A stretch of DNA of 64,000 bases from positions 692 through 64,691 of the forward strand of contig JBJEDL010000083.1 of the NCBI GenBank assembly GCA_051872035.1, read 5' to 3'. The position numbers and the translations under genes were made by a program. Origin of the DNA: Lepagella sp. Lineage in GTDB: Bacteria; Bacteroidota; Bacteroidia; Bacteroidales; Muribaculaceae. How positions within the stretch are numbered: position 1 is the stretch's first letter; the number at the start of each line of letters is the position of its first letter. Below the pieces are notes generated by a model that was given only the letters and a program-made list of their open reading frames with translations, searched no databases and was not told the DNA's origin. Shown here piece after piece: positions 18,178 through 28,800 of the stretch.

Positions 18178-19869
18178 TTACAGGAAGCAGAGGATGATCA
18201 GCTGAGCTGCAATCACGCGCATGAACATCGTCAACGGATATACCGTCGAGTAGGATACTGCCGGTGCATCGTTGTTGGCAAGCTTGTTGCAGTATGCCAA
18301 TGCCGGCGGATCGGTGTAGCCACCCGACATCACACCGCAGATCGTGAAGTAATTCATCTTATATTTCGCTCTCGCGATGATGCCCACCACCAAGAGTGGT
18401 ATCACCGTAATCGCAAATCCGTATGCCACCCATGTGGCTCCCTGTGCGTTGAATACTGTCGAGGCAAAGTTCTTGCCGGCTGCTATCCCCACCGACGCCA
18501 AGAAGAGGCAGATGCCGATCTCCCTTAGCAACAGGTTCGCTGATGAGTTGGTATAGGTCACCAAGTGTATCTTATGTCCGAAGGCACTGATCAAGATTGC
18601 TACTACTAATGGCCCTCCCGCCAAACCAAGCTTCATCGGTACTGACATACCCGGGATAAACAAGGGGATGCTTCCCACCAAGATTCCCAAGAAGATACCG
18701 ATAAACATCGTAATCAAGTTTGGCTCGTTGAGACGCTTCATGGAGTTACCCAAACGTTGTGCCAAGTTGTTGATATCCTCCAGCTTACCTACCACAGTGA
18801 TGCGGTCGCCCATCTGAAGGCGCAAGTTGGGCGCGGCAAGAAGGTCAACGCCGGCACGATTCACGCGGGTCACATTCAGCTGATATGCCGAGTGGAGACG
18901 AAGTGATCCTAATTTCACTCCATTATATTGTGTGCGGGTCACCAAAATGCGTCGTGACACCACCGGACCGCGCTCCATCTCCCATTTCTTCTCTACCTTC
19001 GGACCTATGAAGCGACTGAAGATCTCTTCATCCTGGATCGAACATACCACCAGCACCAGGTCATCTTTCTCCAATACATCTTGCGATGTCGGGATAATCA
19101 CTTTGCCATCCGGCTTCTCGATACGGGAGATCACATAGTCCACCGAGATGATGGTGTGCATCTTCATCATGTTCAAACCATCGATCATGTCGTTCGTAAC
19201 CTTGAACGTACAGATATGGGGTGCCAACACCGATGATTTCTCATCGCTCTCAATCTCGTTTATCTCTTTCTCTGTGTCGATCTTGAAAATCAGTTTGAGC
19301 ACAATCATAGTCAGGATGATACCCACTACGCCAAGGGGATAGGCTGCCGCATATCCCATCGACATCTGTTGCTCTACATCCATCATCTCCGGATGCACCT
19401 GGATCAGTGCCTGCTGCGCCGCACCAAGTCCCGGCGTGTTGGTCACCGCACCACTCATAATGCCGACCATCTGCTCGATCGAGGTGCTCCCTTCTGAACC
19501 CCCTTGCAGAAAGTAAATCGTAATCATGATGCCTACATTCAACGCGATGCCGATGATCGCCAAGAGATTCATCTGGATTCCACCCTCCTTGAATGAGGAG
19601 AAGAAACCGGGACCCACCTGCATACCGATCGAGAATATGAAGAGAATTAATCCGAATTCTCTTAAAAAATTTAAAACATCCGTCTCCGCTGTATATCCGA
19701 AGTGCCCTAACAGGATACCAACAAAGAGAACGAATGTCACGCCAAGCGATACGCCGAATACCTTAATTTTACCTAAGTAGATACCCGCGAATATTACAAA
19801 GGAGTACAACAAAATCGTACTCGCAAGTTGCATATTGCCGGGCTTAAAGAGGTCTATCAACCATTCCAT
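18178..19869 (-). CDS. putative transporter, YidE/YbjL (AspT-like) family with two TrkA-C domains
   Basis: 563 aa. Two membrane halves of about 5 TM each flank a soluble duplicated RCK_C/TrkA-C-like region (…ITVVGKLEDINNL…). Confidence 0.8.
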   Translation of the reverse strand: MEWLIDLFKPGNMQLASTILLYSFVIFAGIYLGKIKVFGVSLGVTFVLFVGILLGHFGYTAETDVLNFLREFGLILFIFSIGMQVGPGFFSSFKEGGIQMNLLAIIGIALNVGIMITIYFLQGGSEGSTSIEQMVGIMSGAVTNTPGLGAAQQALIQVHPEMMDVEQQMSMGYAAAYPLGVVGIILTMIVLKLIFKIDTEKEINEIESDEKSSVLAPHICTFKVTNDMIDGLNMMKMHTIISVDYVISRIEKPDGKVIIPTSQDVLEKDDLVLVVCSIQDEEIFSRFIGPKVEKKWEMERGPVVSRRILVTRTQYNGVKLGSLRLHSAYQLNVTRVNRAGVDLLAAPNLRLQMGDRITVVGKLEDINNLAQRLGNSMKRLNEPNLITMFIGIFLGILVGSIPLFIPGMSVPMKLGLAGGPLVVAILISAFGHKIHLVTYTNSSANLLLREIGICLFLASVGIAAGKNFASTVFNAQGATWVAYGFAITVIPLLVVGIIARAKYKMNYFTICGVMSGGYTDPPALAYCNKLANNDAPAVSYSTVYPLTMFMRVIAAQLIILCFL

Positions 19870-19968
19870 TTTATAAAAGCGTTTTTTAAAACAACGAAAG
19901 AAATGTCTAAATTACAGGCTTTCAGATCTCTTGACCTGATCTCCATCCCCATCCCTCCAATTGTTCTG

Positions 19969-19976
19969 CAAAATTA
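19969..19976 (-). promoter_or_regulatory. -7 promoter box (TAATTTTG) for the transporter gene
   Basis: Matches TAnnTTTG, 99 nt upstream of the ATG at 19869. Confidence 0.4.
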
Positions 19977-20084
19977 CAATTTTTTTCTCATTTACACCCC
20001 CTATCACCCCTATTTTTTGCCATCTCCCTATAATTTTTTTACACCTCGCCAAGTCCCGTTCTGTCGTCAATCTTTGTTTCGACA

Positions 20085-20119
20085 TAAAAAAGGGGCACAC
20101 CCGAATATGGTATGCCCCT
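20085..20119 (-). terminator. terminator ending the susC...GH32...T9SS-cargo operon
   Basis: GC-rich hairpin AGGGGCA / TGCCCCT. On the minus strand it is followed by a T-run (plus-strand AAAAAA at 20086-20091). Confidence 0.6.
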
Positions 20120-20140
20120 TAAATTCTAATACTAAATTAT

Positions 20141-21058
20141 TTATTTTACAAGCACTTTCTTGTCTCCTACAATGTAGAGACCTGATGGAAGTCCTTGTGT
20201 TGCTGTCGTCTTCTCGACGTTGCTTGCTACTTTAACACCCTGCATGTTATATACATTCACTATCTCGCTATCCGATGTGGTGATCTTGACAACTCCGGTC
20301 TCGCCATCGTTGCGAAGCGCCACAGCGCAGATGTTGAATTGGGCTCCACCCTCCGGGTTCATCTGAATCATCATTCGGTCGCTTGTCAGCACTGAAGACA
20401 GATCGATCCCTTTTTCTGTCAGGTCTATTGTTGCCACATACGGGTTGTGCTGGATATCTTCGTTATTGGCGATCAAACCGCTATCTTCCCATGAGGTCAT
20501 CACTTTGATGAAGTAAGTGTCGTAGTCTGCTTCTCCTGAGAGATAGATGTCGAGATATCTCTCACCATTGTACGCATTGAATGCCTCTTTGAAGAGCTCG
20601 AGAGTTTTCCACTCATCTACCCAGAAGTAGCCGCACCACACTGCTCCGGCAGGGGCTGTTGTGCCATCTGAATAAATGCCAACTCCGGTTACGCTGAAGT
20701 TCGCTCCACATAATTCTACGCCATTTGCTTTAATGGCACTGATCATATCTTCGGTGAAGTACACTTTGAGATCTGTTTTCCCTTCGCCAAGCCATGTATA
20801 GACTGTGCCGGGCAGTTTCTCACCGTTGGATTTCAACTCGATCACGTCAGTCGTAGCGCTGAAGGTGATGTAGAGGTAGTTGCCGGCTTGTATTGTAGCA
20901 TCGGCAAAGTCTTCAGCGGGAAATGACAATGTCGCATTCCATGTCACGGTTTGACCCTCTTCCGAAGTGAAGAGTGTTTTTACGAGTGTCGGTTCTTCTG
21001 CCATCGTTGTTCCGGCGATGGTCGCTGCCATAAGTGTAGCTAATGCAAATTTTTTCAT
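20141..21058 (-). CDS. secreted protein with two CBM-like modules and a T9SS C-terminal sorting domain
   Basis: Type I signal peptide (…TTMA/EEP). The C-terminal ~70 aa (…IVNVYNMQGVKVASNVEKTTATQGLPSGLYIVGDKKVLVK) fits the type A Por/T9SS CTD pattern (TIGR04183-like). It is the last gene of the fructan PUL operon. Confidence 0.65.
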   Translation of the reverse strand: MKKFALATLMAATIAGTTMAEEPTLVKTLFTSEEGQTVTWNATLSFPAEDFADATIQAGNYLYITFSATTDVIELKSNGEKLPGTVYTWLGEGKTDLKVYFTEDMISAIKANGVELCGANFSVTGVGIYSDGTTAPAGAVWCGYFWVDEWKTLELFKEAFNAYNGERYLDIYLSGEADYDTYFIKVMTSWEDSGLIANNEDIQHNPYVATIDLTEKGIDLSSVLTSDRMMIQMNPEGGAQFNICAVALRNDGETGVVKITTSDSEIVNVYNMQGVKVASNVEKTTATQGLPSGLYIVGDKKVLVK

Positions 21059-21086
21059 GTTTTTTGATATTTTAAAGTTTTACCTG

Positions 21087-22613
21087 TTATTTTTTCTGTA
21101 CTTTGATGTCGGAGATGGTGATGTTGCCTCCGTATGAGTTGATACTCCAGCAGTTGCGTGGTGTCGTGTATACTCTGCCTGTCCAGGAGGCGATGTCGTT
21201 GATGTATACTGTCACCACCGAGTTGTCTGTCACGATGGTAATGTCATATACACCATCTGCCGGAGTGTTGAAGGGATAGCCATCGGTGTTGCCGATGAAT
21301 CCTACGCCACCCTCTTCTTCGAAGTTGATCTTGCGGCGAGTATCACTCTCCGGATTGATCATCACTGTGTAGTATTGCTCGGAGTCTGAGCCACGCCCGA
21401 ATGATATACCGAAGCGATCGCTTGCACTGCTTGTGGTCACCCGGAAACTCAGTCGGTTGCTATAACCGAGGCGCGGTAATAGTTTGTGGCTATCTCCCTC
21501 CAATTTGAATCCGGATATCGTGGAGACTTCCCCAAGTTGAGAGGCTATGGCAGGTATTTCGCCCAGTGTAAGTGTGCCATCTTCATGCTGTATCAGCTTG
21601 TGTGCCACAAGGTTGCCTCCCCAGTCAGGCGTGCCGGTGTTGCTGCTGCCAGCTTTGGTGGCACACCAACCCCAGATATATCGGTCGGCACCGTTGCTCG
21701 CTGTCTTGCCGGCATATAATCCGCGTGAATCCAAGAACCCTTCATGGTCGTCAGGCCAAAGTCCGGCATCGCCCTCGGTGCATTTCTTGAGCCCCTCCAA
21801 GCTCTCGGCTTTGAAATATTGTACGCGTCTTATCGCATCATGTTGCTCGGAGTATACCAAGTACCACCATGACCCCATCTTGAAGACATCGGGACATTCA
21901 TAGAATCTATCCCACATCATGGTCATAAATACTCCGACTGATTGCCACTTCAGAAGGTCGGTGGATGTGTATTCAGCCAAGACTCCTTTGCCACTCTTCT
22001 TGGTGGAAATAAGCATGTGATAGAGACCGTCATCTCCTTTGAACACGAAGGGGTCGCGGAAGTCACTGTTGCTATATTCTTCACCTCCGGTCACGAGCAT
22101 AGTGTGATTCTTGCTCCAGGTGCGGAAGTCGGTTGAAGTGGCTACCATCACGGCCTCATTCACCCCTCCGGTCGTTGCCGGATTGGGGGAATGTGCCGTG
22201 TAGAAGGTATAGTATACGCCATCTTTGTAGATGGTAGAGCCGGTGCCGAGGGCTGCATCCAACTCTGTTGCAGCGCCACAACTTATCAGCTCTCCAAGTG
22301 ATGTGTAGCTCGCTCCATCTTTGGTCGATACACACCAGATAGGGTGGTAGGTCACCGGCTGGTTCGGTCGGTAGTCTTGAAGATACATCACCTTGAAGTC
22401 TCCCTCCACCGGGTCGTAGAAGGGCATCGGGTCGCCTACATAGCCCACTGCAGGCTTGTAGTAGATATCTTGCTTGTTTTGGTCGCTCGACGCATAGTAG
22501 AGGTCGCTGCCGTCAAGATTGCGGTCGGTGATCACAGGTTCGTCACTGCTGCATGCCGTTATCGAACTGAATATTCCGGCCAGCAGTAGATATGTTGATA
22601 TCTTGGTTTTCAT
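21087..22613 (-). CDS. glycoside hydrolase family 32 lipoprotein (levanase/fructanase-like)
   Basis: Lipobox (SSITAC). GH32 catalytic motifs: a DP-containing N-terminal block, FRDPFVF (RDP) and YECPDVF (EC). C-terminal beta-sandwich. Confidence 0.85.
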   Translation of the reverse strand: MKTKISTYLLLAGIFSSITACSSDEPVITDRNLDGSDLYYASSDQNKQDIYYKPAVGYVGDPMPFYDPVEGDFKVMYLQDYRPNQPVTYHPIWCVSTKDGASYTSLGELISCGAATELDAALGTGSTIYKDGVYYTFYTAHSPNPATTGGVNEAVMVATSTDFRTWSKNHTMLVTGGEEYSNSDFRDPFVFKGDDGLYHMLISTKKSGKGVLAEYTSTDLLKWQSVGVFMTMMWDRFYECPDVFKMGSWWYLVYSEQHDAIRRVQYFKAESLEGLKKCTEGDAGLWPDDHEGFLDSRGLYAGKTASNGADRYIWGWCATKAGSSNTGTPDWGGNLVAHKLIQHEDGTLTLGEIPAIASQLGEVSTISGFKLEGDSHKLLPRLGYSNRLSFRVTTSSASDRFGISFGRGSDSEQYYTVMINPESDTRRKINFEEEGGVGFIGNTDGYPFNTPADGVYDITIVTDNSVVTVYINDIASWTGRVYTTPRNCWSINSYGGNITISDIKVQKK

Positions 22614-22656
22614 CTTTTTCTTGTTTCTTGTGATTGGTTATATGTTTTACCTTTCG

Positions 22657-24024
22657 TTATTGGCATAGATAGTTGATGGCATTCTTGGTCAACTTAATCC
22701 GGTTGTCGCTATAGGGATTGTTGTTGCCGCTCGGGTCATACCATTCGTATGCCGGGCTGCCTATTACTATCACTCTGCCACTCATGTATCCCTTGAGGGC
22801 TTCGTAAGGTTCAAATTCAGCCACTGTGATGACATTGGCATCGTAGGTGTCGCCCGAACCAAGTGCCACCGCACCTGTCTTCTCCATCCAGTCGTCGAGC
22901 GAACTGTAGGCGCTGCCTATGGTCCATTGCAGGGTGCGTCCCGAGTTCTTGCAGCCGCTTCCCACCATGAGGATTCTGCCACCTTCTGTGGCGATGCCGC
23001 TGTAGAGTGCATGACTCTCATGGCCGGTGATGCTGATTCCCATGTCGGCTGACAGTGTGTTGTATCCGTCGCCACCGAAGATGTCGTTGGGCGATTGCTG
23101 ATTCTTGGCGATGCGCCATACGTCGTTGATATATCTTGCACCATCGCGTGTGGCTAGAATGTTGCCTCCTCTCAGCCAGTAGCTATTGAATTGGTCGCGA
23201 GTATCCCACATCTGTGAGGGCCAGTCGGTGAAGTCTAAGTGTGCCCATACCATCTTGTAGTCGTCGAGCTTCACTTCGCCGTCGATGATCTGCTGAAGGC
23301 TCACGTAGGTTGTGCCCGGCACATTGTCGCGCATCCATGCCCAGGCGGCTGCCGCTTCGGCATCAAGCTGGTCGGCACTCGCTTTGTTGCCGATGAAGGC
23401 CTTCGGCTCTCTCGACATGTCGTCTTTGATCACGGTGACTACATATTTCTCGGTCGCACTTCTCAGCGTGGCGGTAAATTCGACAGGACTGCTGAAGTCA
23501 AGCACTGTTCCCGACTCAGGTGTCACTGTGGCTCCTTCGGTCACTTCGTAGGTGACTACCATCGAGGTCTCGTCACTCTCCATTGGCACGAAGACATTGA
23601 TCGCATGGAGCGTGTTATCGATCACTCCCTCATATTCTCCATTAAGCTTGAAACTGAGGAACTCAACACGGTCATGGCCGGTGTAGAGGGTATAGGTGTT
23701 GTAGACGTTGCCGTTGAGCACGCGAATGGCGCGGGGCATGGTGCCGTCGAAGGTCGTTCCCACCGGATAGTCGCAGGTTGCCCCTTCGCTCAGGGTGATC
23801 GCATCGACACTCAGCTTGGTCAGATCTTGACTCACCGGAAAGTTCACTACAATGCTCTTGGCGGAGTGATCGATCTCTCCCTCCATGCCGCTCACGATGA
23901 TCGATTCGATGCGTGTATTGCCATCGAGTCGCAACGTGGAGTCGTTGTCGTCTGAACAGGAGGCCATAAGCCACCCTCCGACCATCACCAGCATCAGATA
24001 TATGATTTTATCTATTCTTTTCAT
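22657..24024 (-). CDS. PUL surface glycan-binding lipoprotein candidate (SGBP; DUF4960-like)
   Basis: Lipobox (LMASC). It sits immediately downstream of susD, as SGBPs do in fructan PULs. Ig-like N-terminal repeats. The DUF4960 assignment is from memory. Confidence 0.55.
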   Translation of the reverse strand: MKRIDKIIYLMLVMVGGWLMASCSDDNDSTLRLDGNTRIESIIVSGMEGEIDHSAKSIVVNFPVSQDLTKLSVDAITLSEGATCDYPVGTTFDGTMPRAIRVLNGNVYNTYTLYTGHDRVEFLSFKLNGEYEGVIDNTLHAINVFVPMESDETSMVVTYEVTEGATVTPESGTVLDFSSPVEFTATLRSATEKYVVTVIKDDMSREPKAFIGNKASADQLDAEAAAAWAWMRDNVPGTTYVSLQQIIDGEVKLDDYKMVWAHLDFTDWPSQMWDTRDQFNSYWLRGGNILATRDGARYINDVWRIAKNQQSPNDIFGGDGYNTLSADMGISITGHESHALYSGIATEGGRILMVGSGCKNSGRTLQWTIGSAYSSLDDWMEKTGAVALGSGDTYDANVITVAEFEPYEALKGYMSGRVIVIGSPAYEWYDPSGNNNPYSDNRIKLTKNAINYLCQ

Positions 24025-24050
24025 GATTTTATTCCTTTTTCATGTTGTTA

Positions 24051-25775
24051 TTACCAGTTGCCGATGTTTTGCTTGTAGTGCCCGTTCGATGCACTGATCT
24101 GCGAGAAGGGTATCGGCAGGTATTCATTCTTGTTGGCGGTGAATTGTGCTCCGCTGTAGATGGTGCAGTTGTCGGCTTCGTCGGCAAAGTATTTATTCAG
24201 TGTCTCGGAGGCTTCGCCCCATCTCACCAAGTCGAAGAAGCGTTCGCTCTCCATACCCAGCTCAAGGCGACGCTCGAATTTCACGATCTTAAGAGCTTCG
24301 TCTTTCGAGTAACTGCCGTTGTAGTTGCGGATGTTGATCCTTACACCATAGAGCTTTTCGTAGTCGGAAATCATCGATACACTTTGGCGAGCTCTTGTGC
24401 GCAGGCTGTTGACGATGGCTATCGCTTCGGGGATTCCTTCGCCCAGCTGCACGAGTGCCTCGGCTCTTACCAACTGTATATCGGCATAACGCAGTACGAT
24501 GCGGTTCATCGGTGACCCCCACCAAGCACCCTTCACCAAGTAGCCGCTGTCGGGATCCACATTATGCTTGAGCGATACATAGTATCCATAGAGACCGTTG
24601 CTGCGGCTCCACACTGCAGTGCGATCCATTATATAGTTCTTGTTGAACATATAGGGGAGTCCCGGCATACCGATGGTTAGGAAGAGACGAGGGTCGGCAT
24701 AGTCTGATCCTTTGTCATAGTCGGTGGCATTGAAGGTGTCGAGGTAGGGGAGTCCATCTGCGTTGGTGCGGAAGGCGTTGACCAGGTTTTGACTCGGCTT
24801 GTAGAAGTCGCAACCGCCGTCGGTGACACCCGGGATGTTAGGCACGATCAGTCCGTATGCCCAGTTACAGTTGCCATTTGCCGTACCGTCGTTGAAGGAG
24901 TATTGCATAGCCCAGATTGATTCCGGTCCATTCTCATATTGGGGCTCGGGACGGAAGTTGTCGTGGTAGTCGCCGGCAAGTCCATACTGTCCATAAAGCG
25001 CCGGATCGGTGTATTCCACCACTTTCTGAAGATCTTCTCGGTTGATTTCGGTGACCTTATGACTCGTCGGGTCGTCCTGACGATAGGCTTTGTAGAGATA
25101 GACTTTGGCAAGGTAGGCGGCTGCCGCACTCTTGGTGGGGCGTCCTACATTGGCTTGAGTCTCGGGAAGATGTTTGTAGGCATATTCCAGGTCGTTGATG
25201 ATCTGTTGCCACCCTTCGTCGTTGGTATAGGTCTCGTTGCTCAGATTGTTGTATTCTTCGGGCGAGAGCATCTCGTCGTTGGCAAAGGGTATCTTCTTAT
25301 AGAGTCGCTTCAGGAGGAAGTGACCGTGAGCTCGCAGGAATTTCATCTCGCCGATGCGGGCATCGCGCTCGGGATATTCCTCTGTGCTCATGTTGTCGAG
25401 CACTTGAAGTGCCGCATTCGAGCGGGAAATGGCGTTGTAGAGGCGTTGCCACATGTCGGAGATGTTCCAGTTGGTGGTCATGATGCCCTGCTCGATCTCA
25501 AGGGCGTGGAACACGTCGCCATCTTCCGTACCGTTGCCTCCCTTGTAGGCATCGTCGCTGCGTACGTCGAAGTTCCACATCGAGAAGGAGGAGTTGATAT
25601 CTTCGGCTGATATCCAGATCGCGTAGGCGGAGATCACTAAGTTGTCGGCATTCTCCGGGGTCATCACTTGGGCGTTGTCGAGTACTCCCTGTGGTGCCGG
25701 CTCGTCAAGAAAACTGTCGCAACTTGTCCCCAGAATCGCAAGTGCCAGAGCCGTGCCATATATTATCTTTTTCAT
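24051..25775 (-). CDS. susD: SusD/RagB-family nutrient-binding outer-membrane lipoprotein
   Basis: Lipobox (LGTSC). 574 aa, TPR-like SusD architecture. Directly downstream of susC. Confidence 0.9.
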   Translation of the reverse strand: MKKIIYGTALALAILGTSCDSFLDEPAPQGVLDNAQVMTPENADNLVISAYAIWISAEDINSSFSMWNFDVRSDDAYKGGNGTEDGDVFHALEIEQGIMTTNWNISDMWQRLYNAISRSNAALQVLDNMSTEEYPERDARIGEMKFLRAHGHFLLKRLYKKIPFANDEMLSPEEYNNLSNETYTNDEGWQQIINDLEYAYKHLPETQANVGRPTKSAAAAYLAKVYLYKAYRQDDPTSHKVTEINREDLQKVVEYTDPALYGQYGLAGDYHDNFRPEPQYENGPESIWAMQYSFNDGTANGNCNWAYGLIVPNIPGVTDGGCDFYKPSQNLVNAFRTNADGLPYLDTFNATDYDKGSDYADPRLFLTIGMPGLPYMFNKNYIMDRTAVWSRSNGLYGYYVSLKHNVDPDSGYLVKGAWWGSPMNRIVLRYADIQLVRAEALVQLGEGIPEAIAIVNSLRTRARQSVSMISDYEKLYGVRINIRNYNGSYSKDEALKIVKFERRLELGMESERFFDLVRWGEASETLNKYFADEADNCTIYSGAQFTANKNEYLPIPFSQISASNGHYKQNIGNW

Positions 25776-25800
25776 TGTGTTCTGTTTTAGACGTTAAGGA

Positions 25801-28800
25801 TTAGAATACTAAGTTTACTCCGAAGGTGACGTTGGTAGCGATCGGATAACCATAGTTGGGATTCTCCGGGTCTACTCCTGTGAAGTTCTTGCTCTTGATG
25901 GTCAGCAGGTTCTGTGCGCTGACATAGAAGCGGAGTTTGTTGATATGAGCTTTGCTCGTAATTTTCACCGGCAGAGTGTATCCGAATTGGATGTTGCGAA
26001 GCTTGAGGAATGACCCATCTTCTACATAGTAGGTGGAGACGCGCTTTTCGTTGTTGACATCCGAGCGGGTCAGTGCCGGTATGTCGGAATTGGGATTCGA
26101 TGGTGTCCAGGCATCCAAGAGTCTGCTGCCCTTGTTGAGGAAACCGATGTTAAGTCCGCTCCAGAGGTCGGTCTCTTTCTTGAGGTCGGAGATCACGTCT
26201 GCACCCTGCGATCCTTGCCAGAACATGGAGAAGTCGAAGTCTTTATATTGCAGGTTGACATTCAGACCATAGGTGAAGTCAGGGGTCGGATCGTAGATCC
26301 ATTCTTGGTCTTTCTCGGTGATGGCACCGTCGCCGTCAAGGTCGCGCCAACGGATGCGGCCTACTCCGGCACCCTCTTGCAGGGCATGCTGATCCACCTC
26401 TTCCTGACTCTTGAAGATGCCGTCGGCGATGTAGCCTACTTGTGATCCCATCGGGTGGCCGATCACACTATATACTCCGTTGCCTCCGAAGGTGCCGTTG
26501 GCGGCTACTGTAGCGGGAAGCTCGGTGATCTTATTGCGATAGGCGGCAATGTTGCCGGTGATCTCGTAGGTGAAGCCGTAGGAGGTCGTGTTGCGGAAGC
26601 CGAGATTCAGTTCCACTCCTTTGTTGTCCATTCCGCCGGCGTTGATCCATTGTGAACTTCCTTCTCCCATGGCGCCGATGCCTGCCATCTGCACCAAGAT
26701 GTCGCTCGTCTTCTTGTAGTAGAGATCCAATGATCCGTAGAGACGTGAGTTCAAGAAGGAGAAGTCAAGTCCGATGTTATATTGTGTTGTGGTCTCCCAC
26801 TTGATGTCGGGGTTGCCGATCTGGTCTCTCTTGAAACCGGAAGGGAGGATGCTGCCACCATTTGTGCCGTCGATGTCGTAGGAGGTGCCATAGCTCTGTC
26901 CTCCCGATTCGTTGACACCATAGTTGGGTACATATACATAGTAGCGTGCCAAGTTGCTGATCTGCTGGTTTCCGGTCGTACCCCAAGAGAGACGAAGCTT
27001 TAGTTCGTTGAGCCAGCTTTCGTCTCGAAGGAAGCTCTCGTTGTTGATGCGCCATCCTAATGATACGGAGGGGAAGGTGGCAAAACGATTGTTGGCGCCG
27101 AAACGTGACGAACCGTCATGTCGCACCGTTACACTTGCCAAGTAGCGACTGTCGTAGGAGTAGTTGGCTTTCGCAAAGAAGGATACCAAGGAGTAGCCGT
27201 CGCCCGATCCGTAGGCTTGCGCTGTGCCGATACCGGCATCAGGCCACATATAGTCGGGATTCAATACCGAGAAGTCCTCTTTGTAGGCGGAAAACCATTC
27301 CGAAGTCTCTCTGATCAATTCGACTCCGACCAAGGCATCTACATGATTCTTGCGTGCATCGATATTGTAGGAGGCTACGGCATTCCACATCCAGCGATTC
27401 CAGTGCTCTTGCTTTGCCTCGACACCATTGGTGGAGTTGGCTACGTTGCCTTCGGTGATGGGATAGGTGAAGATGCGTTGCTTCTTCTGCGAGTAGTCCA
27501 AACCGAAGGTGCTGCGGATGTTGAAGCCTTTGAAGGGGGCTACGTTGATATAGGCATCACCGAAGTAGCGCCAGTAGACGTAGCGATTGTCTTTGTTGCG
27601 ATCAAGTCGTGCCACCGGATTCTCGCGGTCGGGATAGCCTCCCACAGGTCCGGCATATTCTCCATCTGTGGTATATACCGGCAGGGAGGGATTGAATTGC
27701 AATACATTCTGTAAGAATCCGCCGGGTGCCAACACTTCGTCGGTGCGACTCAAGGTGAAGTGCTCGCCGATGGTCAGAATGTCGCCGAAAGGCTTGTATT
27801 CGTTGTTCAAACGTGCGGAGAATCTCTCGAAGTCGGTATCTTTGATGATACCCAAGTTCTTGTAATAGCCGAAGGAGAAGAAGGATTTTACCCTGTCGCT
27901 CCCTCCCGAAATGGTGAAGTTATAGTTCTGTATCAGACCGGTGCGTGTGGTCTCGTCAAACCAGTCAGTGTCCGATGCCGGGGTAGTGCCGGCAGCATCG
28001 AGATATTTCGCCATGTTGATATTGTAGAGCGTCGGATTGCCCGAGGCGTCATATCCCCAGTTGAAGTTGTAACCCAAACCATTGGTGTTGGGGTCTTGTC
28101 CGTCGTTGACGTAGGCTTGCCAGAGTGATCTGCCATAGCCTTCGGCGTTGAGCACATTCATCTTGTTGACATAGAATTGTGCCGAGACACTCGCATCTAA
28201 GGTGATTTTAAGGTCTTTGCCTCGCTTGGTGGTGATGATGATCACTCCATTCGCTGCTCGCGATCCATAGATTGAGGCGGAGGCGGCATCTTTGAGCACT
28301 TGGATGCTCTCGATGTCGTTGGGGTTCAACTCATGCATGCCCGATTTGGTCGGCACCCCATCCACGATATAGAGTGGGTCGTTGTCGTTGAGCGTGCCGA
28401 TACCTCTGATTCTTACGGTGGCTGCTCCCGAGGGACCGCCATCTGCCGTGATGTTCATTCCCGGCACTCTCCCTTGCAACGCTTTAATAGGGTTGTTCTC
28501 GTTCTGCTTCGAGATCTCATCCACATCTACGGCGGTGATCGCTCCCGTCACATCGACTTTCTTCTGCGTACCATATCCCACAACTACCAATTCGTTGAGC
28601 ACTTGCGAGGATTCAACAAGCATTACTTTCATCCCGTCGACAGCCTTGACCTTCACGGTCTCATATCCGATGTAGGATATCACCAAGCGGCTCCCTTCGG
28701 GCATTGTGATTGTGAAGTTTCCATCCAAATCTGTGGATGTTCCTTTACTCGGGTTTTTCTCTAACTGAACAGTCGCTCCGATCAGTGGCTCGTTGTCGCT

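Noticed and set aside
23239-23955. 238-aa plus-strand ORF antisense to the SGBP-like gene (similar cases: 24939..25610, 27118..27714, 31012..31500)
   Set aside because: Shadow ORFs within PUL genes that have strong sense-strand signatures.
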